Origin: a virus
Lineage: Duplodnaviria; Caudoviricetes
Direction: 5' to 3' (one strand)
DNA length: 64,000 bases
Virus record (IMG/VR): IMGVR_UViG_3300048881_000780
Part shown: in pieces, positions 47,422 through 55,554 of the stretch
Layout of the letters: each line of letters starts with the position of its first letter
Numbering within the stretch: position 1 is the stretch's first letter
Translations under genes and position numbers: made by a program
The notes under the pieces: model-generated
Seen by the model: the letters and a program-made list of their open reading frames with translations, nothing else
Told to the model about the DNA's origin: nothing
The model's database searches: none

Positions 47422-48141
47422 ATGAAACAACTATGCCTTTTTGACAATAATAACAACCAAATGGATCCATTTGTTGAGAAGCTCGTTCAACTCCACAGTT
47501 TACAAGGTGGACAAATAAAAAAGATTTCTTATTTCAATAGTTTAAAAAAGGGAGACCTTCTGGTTCCATTCTCATTTAGTGATGAATGGAGAGAATTTAT
47601 GGAGTCAAATGAGGATCTATTAGAGTATACATTCTCTAAAGATGCAAACTTCATGTCTCGAGTAGAATTTACAAATTATCTAATAGAGAAAGATATCCCA
47701 ACACTTTGTCATCTTGATCATAAAACTTGCGAACTCCCATTTATCCTAAAGGGAATGTCTTCCAACAGAAAGAGTAAAACTACTGAAATCAAATCACTAA
47801 ATGACTATAGTTGTGCAGTGGAGCAATTTGATAGCTTTATAGTTCAAGAAAAGAAAAATATTGAAGAAAATTTAAGAGTTCTGATTGTAAACTCTGAACC
47901 TGTCCTCTTTTATGTTAAATCCAAAAGTAACCCAATAGAAAAAGGCGTTATCCCTGAGGATATAATGAAATATGTTACATACATTATTAAAGATCTCAAT
48001 TTATCCCTGGCAAATATCTGCATAGTTAAGAGCGCTGGAACATTATACGTAAACAAGATCAACTTTTTTCCATGCTTACATAATTCTTTAAAAATTAATG
48101 AAAATATTCATGAAGTTATATGGAGTCACTATTTGAAGTAG
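47422..48141 (+). CDS. Degenerate RimK-like ATP-grasp fold protein
   Basis: PFILK, FIVQE, NLRVLIV, LNL..., INFFP follow ATP-grasp order; catalytic acids and Gly loop not conserved. Confidence 0.6.
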   Translation: MKQLCLFDNNNNQMDPFVEKLVQLHSLQGGQIKKISYFNSLKKGDLLVPFSFSDEWREFMESNEDLLEYTFSKDANFMSRVEFTNYLIEKDIPTLCHLDHKTCELPFILKGMSSNRKSKTTEIKSLNDYSCAVEQFDSFIVQEKKNIEENLRVLIVNSEPVLFYVKSKSNPIEKGVIPEDIMKYVTYIIKDLNLSLANICIVKSAGTLYVNKINFFPCLHNSLKINENIHEVIWSHYLK

Positions 48142-48188
48142 ATCATTTTACGATAATAGATATATAGACAAAAAAAGAGGAAAATTTT

Positions 48189-48500
48189 ATGAGAGAATCC
48201 ATTATTGAATTAATCGAAGAATGCCACCCAGATGGACTTACTTTTCATTCAGATATTATTCATGGATGGATCGAAGTAAAGAGAGAGGTACTTGAAATAC
48301 TTGGAATCGCAGATAAAATCAGCTCTCACTCATCGCAAGAGGGAGATAGAGTATTTCTTGAAAGTGATGTCGACTCTAAGATATTTCTATCCGCCCTTAG
48401 GCAATTTGAAATTAATGAAGAGGATTATCTAATAAGACGAAAAGAGTATGAAAACACTGCCACCATTAGATTTTACGATAATTACTGCAATTTCAACTAA
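48189..48500 (+). CDS. Conserved small phage/plasmid hypothetical protein
   Basis: HSD..HGW..V.....LGI...IS..S...G..VFLE.D.D pattern; GAGG RBS. Confidence 0.7.
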   Translation: MRESIIELIEECHPDGLTFHSDIIHGWIEVKREVLEILGIADKISSHSSQEGDRVFLESDVDSKIFLSALRQFEINEEDYLIRRKEYENTATIRFYDNYCNFN

Positions 48501-48530
48501 GTAGAAGGAAGGATTTCTTACTTTCAAAGT

Positions 48531-48549
48531 TAACGCTCTGTGTTACTAT
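48531..48549 (+). promoter_or_regulatory. Palindromic box with extended -10 of a probably leaderless gene
   Basis: TAACGC-TCT-GTGTTA running into TG-T-TACTAT, 6 nt before ATG 48556. Confidence 0.7.
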
Positions 48550-48555
48550 TAAAAC

Positions 48556-49026
48556 ATGAAAAGCACACACATAAAAATACTTACTGCCATCCTAATTACA
48601 TTTAACATCTCTGCATTCACTTGCAAGACAGAGAATCAAAAGAGAACGAATTACTGTAAATGCGTAACAAAAAAGACTAAATCTCTTGGTAAAGATGCAA
48701 TCTTTGAAAGAGAGAAGAGATTAGAATACAGTGAAATATGTTCCAAGAGGCACAATAGACTTCTTGAACATAACCAAGTTATGCGTAACTTATTTGATAG
48801 AGTTAATGAGGATTATAAAAATCAGCTAACTCAAAGATATGACACTATGTTAATGAGTGATGCCGAGTTCTTTTTACATTGTAATTACGTAAAAATTAAA
48901 GCTCTCTGTAGCGATTATAATACCCCATCGGGATTATTTAGATGCTACAAGAATGTCGAAATAGAAACTTATGATACCGTCTATAGGTCTTGTTTAAATC
49001 CTGTTCATAGACAAGTAAATATATAA
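48556..49026 (+). CDS. Secreted Cys-rich hypothetical protein
   Basis: Signal peptide ending ISA; eight Cys. Confidence 0.7.
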   Translation: MKSTHIKILTAILITFNISAFTCKTENQKRTNYCKCVTKKTKSLGKDAIFEREKRLEYSEICSKRHNRLLEHNQVMRNLFDRVNEDYKNQLTQRYDTMLMSDAEFFLHCNYVKIKALCSDYNTPSGLFRCYKNVEIETYDTVYRSCLNPVHRQVNI

Positions 49027-49036
49027 GAGTATCTGC

Positions 49037-50005
49037 CTACACTTTAAAGTAGGCAGTATTATCATCTCTGATTACTCTCTTATAGTTTTTTGCATCTTTT
49101 AGCTTTTTAAAATCTGACAAAGTTCCATAAAGAAGAACCTCTTCAACACCTTTAATTTTAGAAATTCCTCTAATCGATCTCTTAGAGATATCAATAACAG
49201 CAACTCTTTGTTTAGGTCCCTTAGTTGAAGTAGCCTTGTCAATCGTATTAAAAATTATCTCAAAATCGTAATCTTTAGATGAACCAACATCTCTAACAGT
49301 GATCTTATCAACAACATTCTTTAGTCCCATTAGGACTTTGAAATCCTTTCTCTGTGGGATACCAATTGTTGAAGTAATAATAGGATCAAGCGCCTTATAA
49401 CTTCTACTAAAGTTCTCTACACCAGATCTTCTAAGCACTGAGCTTGCTACTTTAGATTTACTTCCTTCACTTGATCTCTTAGTTTTTCTTGATTTAGTCA
49501 TAAGTTGACTCTCTAGAATAGTCTTAAACTCTACTTTATTTCTAGAGTCGCTATATGCCATCTCTAATGCATGTAAGATAACATCAGCTGTGTAATCTCT
49601 TTTTAATCTACTCGATAAAGTTGGGCCTAAGTAACCGTCTCTATCTGCTTGGATCGCTAACTTCATTGCCTCAAATGAAAGATTGATATCTTTAAACTTT
49701 ACAGCATTAACAATTCTCACATACCTCTTAATAGATGAGATTATTTCTTTTTCAGAGATTATATATTTCTTTTCTTTAGCTGTACTTTCAATAAATAGAA
49801 ATACTCTTGCTAGATTTTGAACTGTATCTTTATTTCTAACAAATGCGCTGTCACCAACTTTCTCTTTTACAGTTTCTCTAAGCCAAACTCTTGCTTCTTG
49901 AGTCTTTGTCAATTCTGGACGTGCCTTAGTTACTGTCTTTTTACGAACTGTTGATACTTTTTTCTTAGCTGTCTTCTTTGATTTCTTAGTTACTGCCACA
50001 CTCAC
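49037..50005 (-). CDS. Very basic hypothetical protein with Lys-rich N-terminal tail
   Basis: GTG start with AAGGAAGG RBS; KKSKKTAKKKVSTVRKK. Confidence 0.75.
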   Translation of the reverse strand: MSVAVTKKSKKTAKKKVSTVRKKTVTKARPELTKTQEARVWLRETVKEKVGDSAFVRNKDTVQNLARVFLFIESTAKEKKYIISEKEIISSIKRYVRIVNAVKFKDINLSFEAMKLAIQADRDGYLGPTLSSRLKRDYTADVILHALEMAYSDSRNKVEFKTILESQLMTKSRKTKRSSEGSKSKVASSVLRRSGVENFSRSYKALDPIITSTIGIPQRKDFKVLMGLKNVVDKITVRDVGSSKDYDFEIIFNTIDKATSTKGPKQRVAVIDISKRSIRGISKIKGVEEVLLYGTLSDFKKLKDAKNYKRVIRDDNTAYFKV

Positions 50006-50220
50006 AACACACCTTCCTTAATATATTTCAAACTTTTATTAAAAGTCTTTTCAATTTAATTCTATTACTGATAAATCGGCTCTTCAAGAAAAATAGTATA
50101 ACGAATTTTGTTATATTTTAAATTTGCCTATTTTCAACCACTTATACACATACATTCTAGTTTTCTTGAGCGATTCTAAAGAAACCTTAAGAAAAATTTG
50201 CCAAATATTCTTGATACTAA

Positions 50221-50245
50221 GGTTCGATTCTCGCCACCTCCACCA
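50221..50245 (+). other. Orphan 3' end of tmRNA (or tRNA-Ala); att-site-like
   Basis: GGTTCGATTCTCGCCACCTCCACCA = T-loop, 3' T-stem, 3' acceptor strand, discriminator A, CCA; 5' T-stem strand and gene body absent. Confidence 0.7.
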
Positions 50246-50298
50246 AAAATGTTGATTAATAAAGGGTATCGGAATGATTTGTGAAAAATATTAAAAAA

Positions 50299-50313
50299 TA
50301 ACACTAAATGTCA
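50299..50313. promoter_or_regulatory. Variant palindromic box
   Basis: TAACAC-TAA-ATGTCA. Confidence 0.55.
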
Positions 50314-50357
50314 AGATTTATGTAAACTTAAGGAGTGGAAACATTTTTTATTTAAGA

Positions 50358-50378
50358 GGGCCCAAAGAATCTGGGCCC
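50358..50378 (-). terminator. GC-rich hairpin after the SGNH lipoprotein
   Basis: GGGCCCA-AAGAATC-TGGGCCC just past the stop at 50387. Confidence 0.55.
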
Positions 50379-50386
50379 ATAGATAT

Positions 50387-52447
50387 TTAGTTAACTGGAA
50401 AAACTCCATCGCCAGAACCACTCGTATTATCTGTCCATGCCGCATGTACAGGGTCACCAAAGGCCAACTCATTAGTAGTCTCTTTAAGCGTCCAGCTACC
50501 AATCGTATTGTCAGATAGGATATCTAATTGTGTTAGATCCTCACTTGCCTCCCACATAATTGCGTAGTGATAATGAAGTCCATTTACGGTGTCAGCATCG
50601 ACAATTCCAGATCTAAATAATTCTGCGTATTTTCTTGGATTACTATTTTGAACATTTTGAATGGCCACTCTAATTGGAACGTGATTATCTGCAATTTTTC
50701 TCAAAAAGATATCCGGTGAAGAAGCTGGTAGCGGGTCTACTAGATCGTGCATATAGAGCATATAGAACTTCCCTCTAGTATTTCTTGGTAGAATATCTAC
50801 AGCTGTACCTTTATCCGAAGTCTCTTCATTAATCTTTACCCACGATGAGTGGTTAATGTCATCAATGGAAGCAGGATTATCTGAAAGATATAATTCATAT
50901 GTATTCATCTCTCTAGAAATACCGTTTCCTGCGACAAGTCCAGTTACTTCAAGAGCAGTTGGTACCCCTTCACTCGCAAAAGTCATACTCGTCGGAAATT
51001 GTGATGAACCATTGTAAAACCCTCCATATGGAGCGGTAATATCACCAAAGAGTCCCTCATAACTGTAGACATTAGATGAGTCGTGAATACCTGGATGAAG
51101 AACTGTGTTTGGAGAATTAATATTTCTAAATCCAACATACTTAGATGGCTCTGTAGACATTGTCCCCTGGGCCACCAATTTATAGTAATTAATAATTGGA
51201 CCATATTGATTACCAACAATTGAGTCATATAGTACACAATCCGCATATAATCTCTTTGCCTCTGTACCTGTATAATCAGGGTGAACTCCATCTGGAACAA
51301 GAGATTCCACATTGTACTTATTTACATAACTTCTAATTCCAGTATGAGAATCAATATAAAGGTAACCATAGTCTTGGCCATATTGTTCAAGTCCTGAATT
51401 CCAATCTAGATATCTCGCGTCTGTTAACTCTCTACCAAGAGCTGAGTATAAATCATCCCAATATGAAGGCCAAATAGAAGCTATAACAACCTCTGCGCCA
51501 TCCTGGGCCAATCTTGATACAATTTGATCGATATTATCTAAGTAATCAGTTTTGTTGGTAGCTCCCCTTGCATCATTATATCTAGCATCATTAATACCTA
51601 TGGCAATAAAGTAGAGATCTGCATCTTCCGCTGCGATTGTATCAATCATGGCCAATGTGTCTTTTGTAGTATGTCCACCAACACCATGATTGACATAATT
51701 GGCACCTGGGTATTTATTTTCTATAAAAGTCGTAAACCCCGTAATCTTACCAGGCGTACCATTACCTTGTTCGGTAATTGAATCCCCAACCCAAACTACT
51801 TTCATCGCATTATCAGACATATTAGAAAGTAGATCATTTAAAATTTCTTTATTAGTTCTATCTTCAAAAACTGCGGAAACATATGTTTTAGCAATAGTGA
51901 AACTACCTACTGACGAACCATCAACTGATACGTCAAAAGACCCTTTATTAGTTGACGAGACAAACATGTAATTTCCATTCATCAAAACAGAAGATCCACC
52001 CTGAGTAACGCTAACGACTCCATTTCCTGAGACGGGAACCTTTACCCACTGAGAAACCCCTTGAGGTACCTCAATATTTATTCCGCCAGCAAGAGAAGCA
52101 TCTGACCCAGGGAAGACAAATGCCATCATTTTTCCATTTATAGTACTGTAAACAATTGCTTCTTTATCAGGAGCAGTTGCCAAAATAGAGGCCTTATGAA
52201 CACTTCCATCGAAGCTAAACTCTAAAAACTGAGCAAGCCTATCTGGAACAGTTAAAACAGTATTTCCAAGCAGGGCCGCGTCACCTAGAACGACTTCATT
52301 TACACTATCTAACCTGATTTCATAAATGGCCTGAATTGGGTTTTGTTTTTCAATTTTAGGGTCAAATTTTCTCTTAAATGATAGATTCTTGTCACAACCT
52401 ACAAATGATAAAAGTAATGACAAGGTGATAAGTAACTTGAATTTCAT
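50387..52447 (-). CDS. Lipoprotein with SGNH/GDSL hydrolase domain
   Basis: Lipobox FVGC; GDSIT, NHGVGG, GIND, DGVHP catalytic blocks. Confidence 0.88.
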   Translation of the reverse strand: MKFKLLITLSLLLSFVGCDKNLSFKRKFDPKIEKQNPIQAIYEIRLDSVNEVVLGDAALLGNTVLTVPDRLAQFLEFSFDGSVHKASILATAPDKEAIVYSTINGKMMAFVFPGSDASLAGGINIEVPQGVSQWVKVPVSGNGVVSVTQGGSSVLMNGNYMFVSSTNKGSFDVSVDGSSVGSFTIAKTYVSAVFEDRTNKEILNDLLSNMSDNAMKVVWVGDSITEQGNGTPGKITGFTTFIENKYPGANYVNHGVGGHTTKDTLAMIDTIAAEDADLYFIAIGINDARYNDARGATNKTDYLDNIDQIVSRLAQDGAEVVIASIWPSYWDDLYSALGRELTDARYLDWNSGLEQYGQDYGYLYIDSHTGIRSYVNKYNVESLVPDGVHPDYTGTEAKRLYADCVLYDSIVGNQYGPIINYYKLVAQGTMSTEPSKYVGFRNINSPNTVLHPGIHDSSNVYSYEGLFGDITAPYGGFYNGSSQFPTSMTFASEGVPTALEVTGLVAGNGISREMNTYELYLSDNPASIDDINHSSWVKINEETSDKGTAVDILPRNTRGKFYMLYMHDLVDPLPASSPDIFLRKIADNHVPIRVAIQNVQNSNPRKYAELFRSGIVDADTVNGLHYHYAIMWEASEDLTQLDILSDNTIGSWTLKETTNELAFGDPVHAAWTDNTSGSGDGVFPVN

Positions 52448-52613
52448 TAATGCTCCGATAAAGGGTTTCTTTATACTATTTTAATGTTTTAGATAAATTT
52501 ATCCCTTTTTATACATGTATTACTTTAAATTATAACACGCATCGGTATGATTTAGATCAATCATTAGTGATTTTATGGCCATTAGAGGTGATTAAACGCT
52601 TAATTTGTCCTAT

Positions 52614-53051
52614 TTATTTAAATAATCCGATAAAATAGAATCTCGATCTTTCACAAAAGTATCCACTCCCAGTCTTATACAGGAAGCCACTTTCATGTAA
52701 TCTCAAAAGTATAAGGTTTGATATTTTCAAAGAAGTTCTGATTTTTGATTTAATAAATTCGCTAGAAACCTTAAACTTATAGTTTTTACTGGCATCAACC
52801 TCCTCTTTTAAAATATATAGAAGTTTCTGTACTTTGGATTCATATTTTGAGTTAAATTTCTCTACATCAATAAATGATTTCTTAAAATTCTCCTTAGATC
52901 TATAGAATTTTGGAATATCACATTCATACATTGGCATATACTCAACTATATATTGCCAAGAGTCAGATTCCTTATACTTAACAAATTTAGTGATCACATA
53001 TAACTTGCCATTTGATTTACAAATATAAATACTATCTTCTCTAAGTTTCAC
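52614..53051 (-). CDS. Hypothetical protein; N-terminus resembles DUF1653, C-terminus a possible winged helix
   Basis: GKLY...IVEY..MY....FYRS...F...F pattern; GTG start with AGGAG RBS. Confidence 0.6.
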   Translation of the reverse strand: MKLREDSIYICKSNGKLYVITKFVKYKESDSWQYIVEYMPMYECDIPKFYRSKENFKKSFIDVEKFNSKYESKVQKLLYILKEEVDASKNYKFKVSSEFIKSKIRTSLKISNLILLRLHESGFLYKTGSGYFCERSRFYFIGLFK

Positions 53052-53062
53052 TAGAAAGCTCC

Positions 53063-53908
53063 TTATTCATCACTGGTAAAATTAACGCCATCAACTAGAA
53101 TTGATTCTAGATACTTTCTCGTTACGTGATCAAGCCCCTGCATGATCTCGGTTTTCTTCTTTTTTGGGCCAATAATTGAAGCTCCACCATTATTTCCATT
53201 TTCACCTTGAACTATTGGTCTCCAATTTATTTTTTGAATATATAACTCTGGACTATAAGCGTAGACACTAGAAACTCCATCTGTCACGGCGTCTCTAAGT
53301 TTTACGCAATATCTAATATTATCTAAATCATTAGGAAGATCAGCTACTCCGCCAAGACCACCAATACCTGGTAGATTTTCAGCTGTATAATTAAAGATTT
53401 TAAAAGAAAAGATATCCGCGTATCCCGCGGCGGTTCCCTTAACTCCTGAAGTTGGATTTAATACTGTAAAAATCTCTTCTCTTTCTACAATTTCTTGATA
53501 AATATTACATTCTTTTCCAATTCCACACTCAAGAACTTCTTGTCCATTTTCAGCACTTGAAACTAATCCTAAATCGACCCATGTAACTCTATTGTGAGGA
53601 TCTTGAGGATGACCCAAGTCTATTGCTGGTTGGCAGTCATTATATGTTGGTGCAATCGATACTGAAATATTAGAAACCTTCTCGCCTGCATCATAAACAA
53701 ACCCTTGTTCATCATGCTCACTACAATCACCCATGTGAGAAGTAGAAAGCCTCACTTCCCAATCTGAACCTGGTAGAGGTTCCTTAGTGGCCTCATTTAA
53801 TCCAATAGTAAACTCTTCTTGAGTAACAGTTACTCTAATTTTAGATGCCGCCCCATGGGAGTTAAAATTAATTAACATCAAAAAAAGAACTAAAATATAA
53901 TTTTTCAT
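53063..53908 (-). CDS. Secreted hypothetical protein
   Basis: Signal peptide, several Cys, GAGG RBS. Confidence 0.75.
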   Translation of the reverse strand: MKNYILVLFLMLINFNSHGAASKIRVTVTQEEFTIGLNEATKEPLPGSDWEVRLSTSHMGDCSEHDEQGFVYDAGEKVSNISVSIAPTYNDCQPAIDLGHPQDPHNRVTWVDLGLVSSAENGQEVLECGIGKECNIYQEIVEREEIFTVLNPTSGVKGTAAGYADIFSFKIFNYTAENLPGIGGLGGVADLPNDLDNIRYCVKLRDAVTDGVSSVYAYSPELYIQKINWRPIVQGENGNNGGASIIGPKKKKTEIMQGLDHVTRKYLESILVDGVNFTSDE

Positions 53909-53919
53909 ACTTCTAACCT

Positions 53920-55473
53920 CTACAAGAATCCATTAAATAAACAACTAGACTCATTGTACTTATAGTAAAATCTATATGTCGGACCATCGTCTCTCTTATA
54001 TGTAACATCAACAAAATACTCTCCGTTTCGATAGATTAAACTCTCATCTGAACCAGCCAGTATCGTTGCACCAAATAGTTCATCTTTAAATATCTGAGGT
54101 ATTGTTGAAGAAATACAGCTTGGTGCATCTCCTTGAATAACATTTGCACCAAGATCAATATCCGAATTATTTTCAGGTTGAATTAAGAATGTTCTACTGT
54201 ATTTAGTATCATTTCCACCTACGATTAAATTAAACTCACTTGACTCTGCTCCAAATTGATCAGTTAGAGACATAACCATTACAAATGATTCCGTTTTTGC
54301 GCTTAACTCACATCGAATATCTGTAACATCACTTTGATCCATGCCAAGACAATTTCGAAGTGTTACTCCACTTGTTAATCCTAGGATATTGTTTATATTA
54401 AAGCTAACAACTCTAACATCTCCGTCATCTGTATTTGGAATAAGTTGAGGAAGTTTTATATCAAAGCTTAAACCATTTCTAGAATCCTCGACTCCGTTAT
54501 GAAGAAGAGGAGTAAAACTATCTTCTCCAAGTTGCCATTCAACATTAAAACTAGTTTGACCACTTGATAGAGCTAATTGACAGGCATACTGAGAACCCCT
54601 CTCTAGAATCGAGCTTTCATCAACAATGAACTCTCTCTCTAAATATGACCCCGAATTTCGTGCCGCGATTTCATTTGGGTCTTGAGGATTGACTTTAATT
54701 TTTTCTGTACAAGAGTACGGATCACATGGCCAACCAATTGGAGATGAAACCCATTTTAAATCACTAGTATTCATTGAGTTCGCATTTCTAATTAATTGAT
54801 CTTGCACACTAGATCCACTTGGAGCACAATTACAATATGGCCCAATGATATCCATTCTACATTTAATTTTCTTTCTTCTTTTTACACAGTATCTTTGTTC
54901 AAAGGTAGCATTACAAACTCTCTTTGATTTATTGATTACAATATTCTGTATACCTTGCAATGCACTCTTATCTTCATAACCAGCTGGACATGAAAAGGTT
55001 TGTTCAATTTTTTGAATATCTGAAGGAGTACATCTTGAAGTATCTACATTGTGATCTAATAGAAATTGATTCTTTATTGATTGTCCGTAATCTCCATTCA
55101 TTATATTGCTGGCGCAAATTTCTGAACTATCTATACCTCTCTCACCACTTCTTCCATTTAAGTTGATAGAGATATTATCAAGTAGTCCCGTTAAAAATAC
55201 TATATTTGAAGCATTCTCATCTACATTTCTAGAGGGCATATTAATACTAGTAGACCTTAGCTCCTTTGAATAAAATCTAAATTCATCTATATTTTCGAAT
55301 ATAGGATCAGTAATAAAGTTTAATACTTCTTCTTGTGCCCAATATGTCGGTACAATAGTTCCTAAGTCATTAATATCATCATTTATACAACCCAAATTAG
55401 ATGAACAAGTCACCTCTTGAGAGTAACTACATAATGTAATTATAAATATGAAAAAAACCCTTAAGTACTTCAT
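53920..55473 (-). CDS. Secreted Cys-rich hypothetical protein
   Basis: Signal peptide; well over a dozen Cys, CPAGY motif. Confidence 0.75.
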   Translation of the reverse strand: MKYLRVFFIFIITLCSYSQEVTCSSNLGCINDDINDLGTIVPTYWAQEEVLNFITDPIFENIDEFRFYSKELRSTSINMPSRNVDENASNIVFLTGLLDNISINLNGRSGERGIDSSEICASNIMNGDYGQSIKNQFLLDHNVDTSRCTPSDIQKIEQTFSCPAGYEDKSALQGIQNIVINKSKRVCNATFEQRYCVKRRKKIKCRMDIIGPYCNCAPSGSSVQDQLIRNANSMNTSDLKWVSSPIGWPCDPYSCTEKIKVNPQDPNEIAARNSGSYLEREFIVDESSILERGSQYACQLALSSGQTSFNVEWQLGEDSFTPLLHNGVEDSRNGLSFDIKLPQLIPNTDDGDVRVVSFNINNILGLTSGVTLRNCLGMDQSDVTDIRCELSAKTESFVMVMSLTDQFGAESSEFNLIVGGNDTKYSRTFLIQPENNSDIDLGANVIQGDAPSCISSTIPQIFKDELFGATILAGSDESLIYRNGEYFVDVTYKRDDGPTYRFYYKYNESSCLFNGFL

Positions 55474-55518
55474 ATCTCTATTATATTCTTTTTTTAGGCA
55501 CTATTATTGTTCCAAAAC

Positions 55519-55548
55519 TTGACACGCTACGTTAACCATGGTTATAAT
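55519..55548 (+). promoter_or_regulatory. Consensus sigma70 promoter with overlapping box, HNH gene (leaderless)
   Basis: TTGACA-18bp-TATAAT, ATG 6 nt later; TGACAC-GCT-ACGTTA at 55520-55534. Confidence 0.72.
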
Positions 55549-55554
55549 TGAAGC

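Noticed and set aside
50150-50260. Complete tRNA or tmRNA gene
   Set aside because: Only the T-loop to CCA segment exists; no 5' acceptor strand, D-arm or anticodon arm upstream
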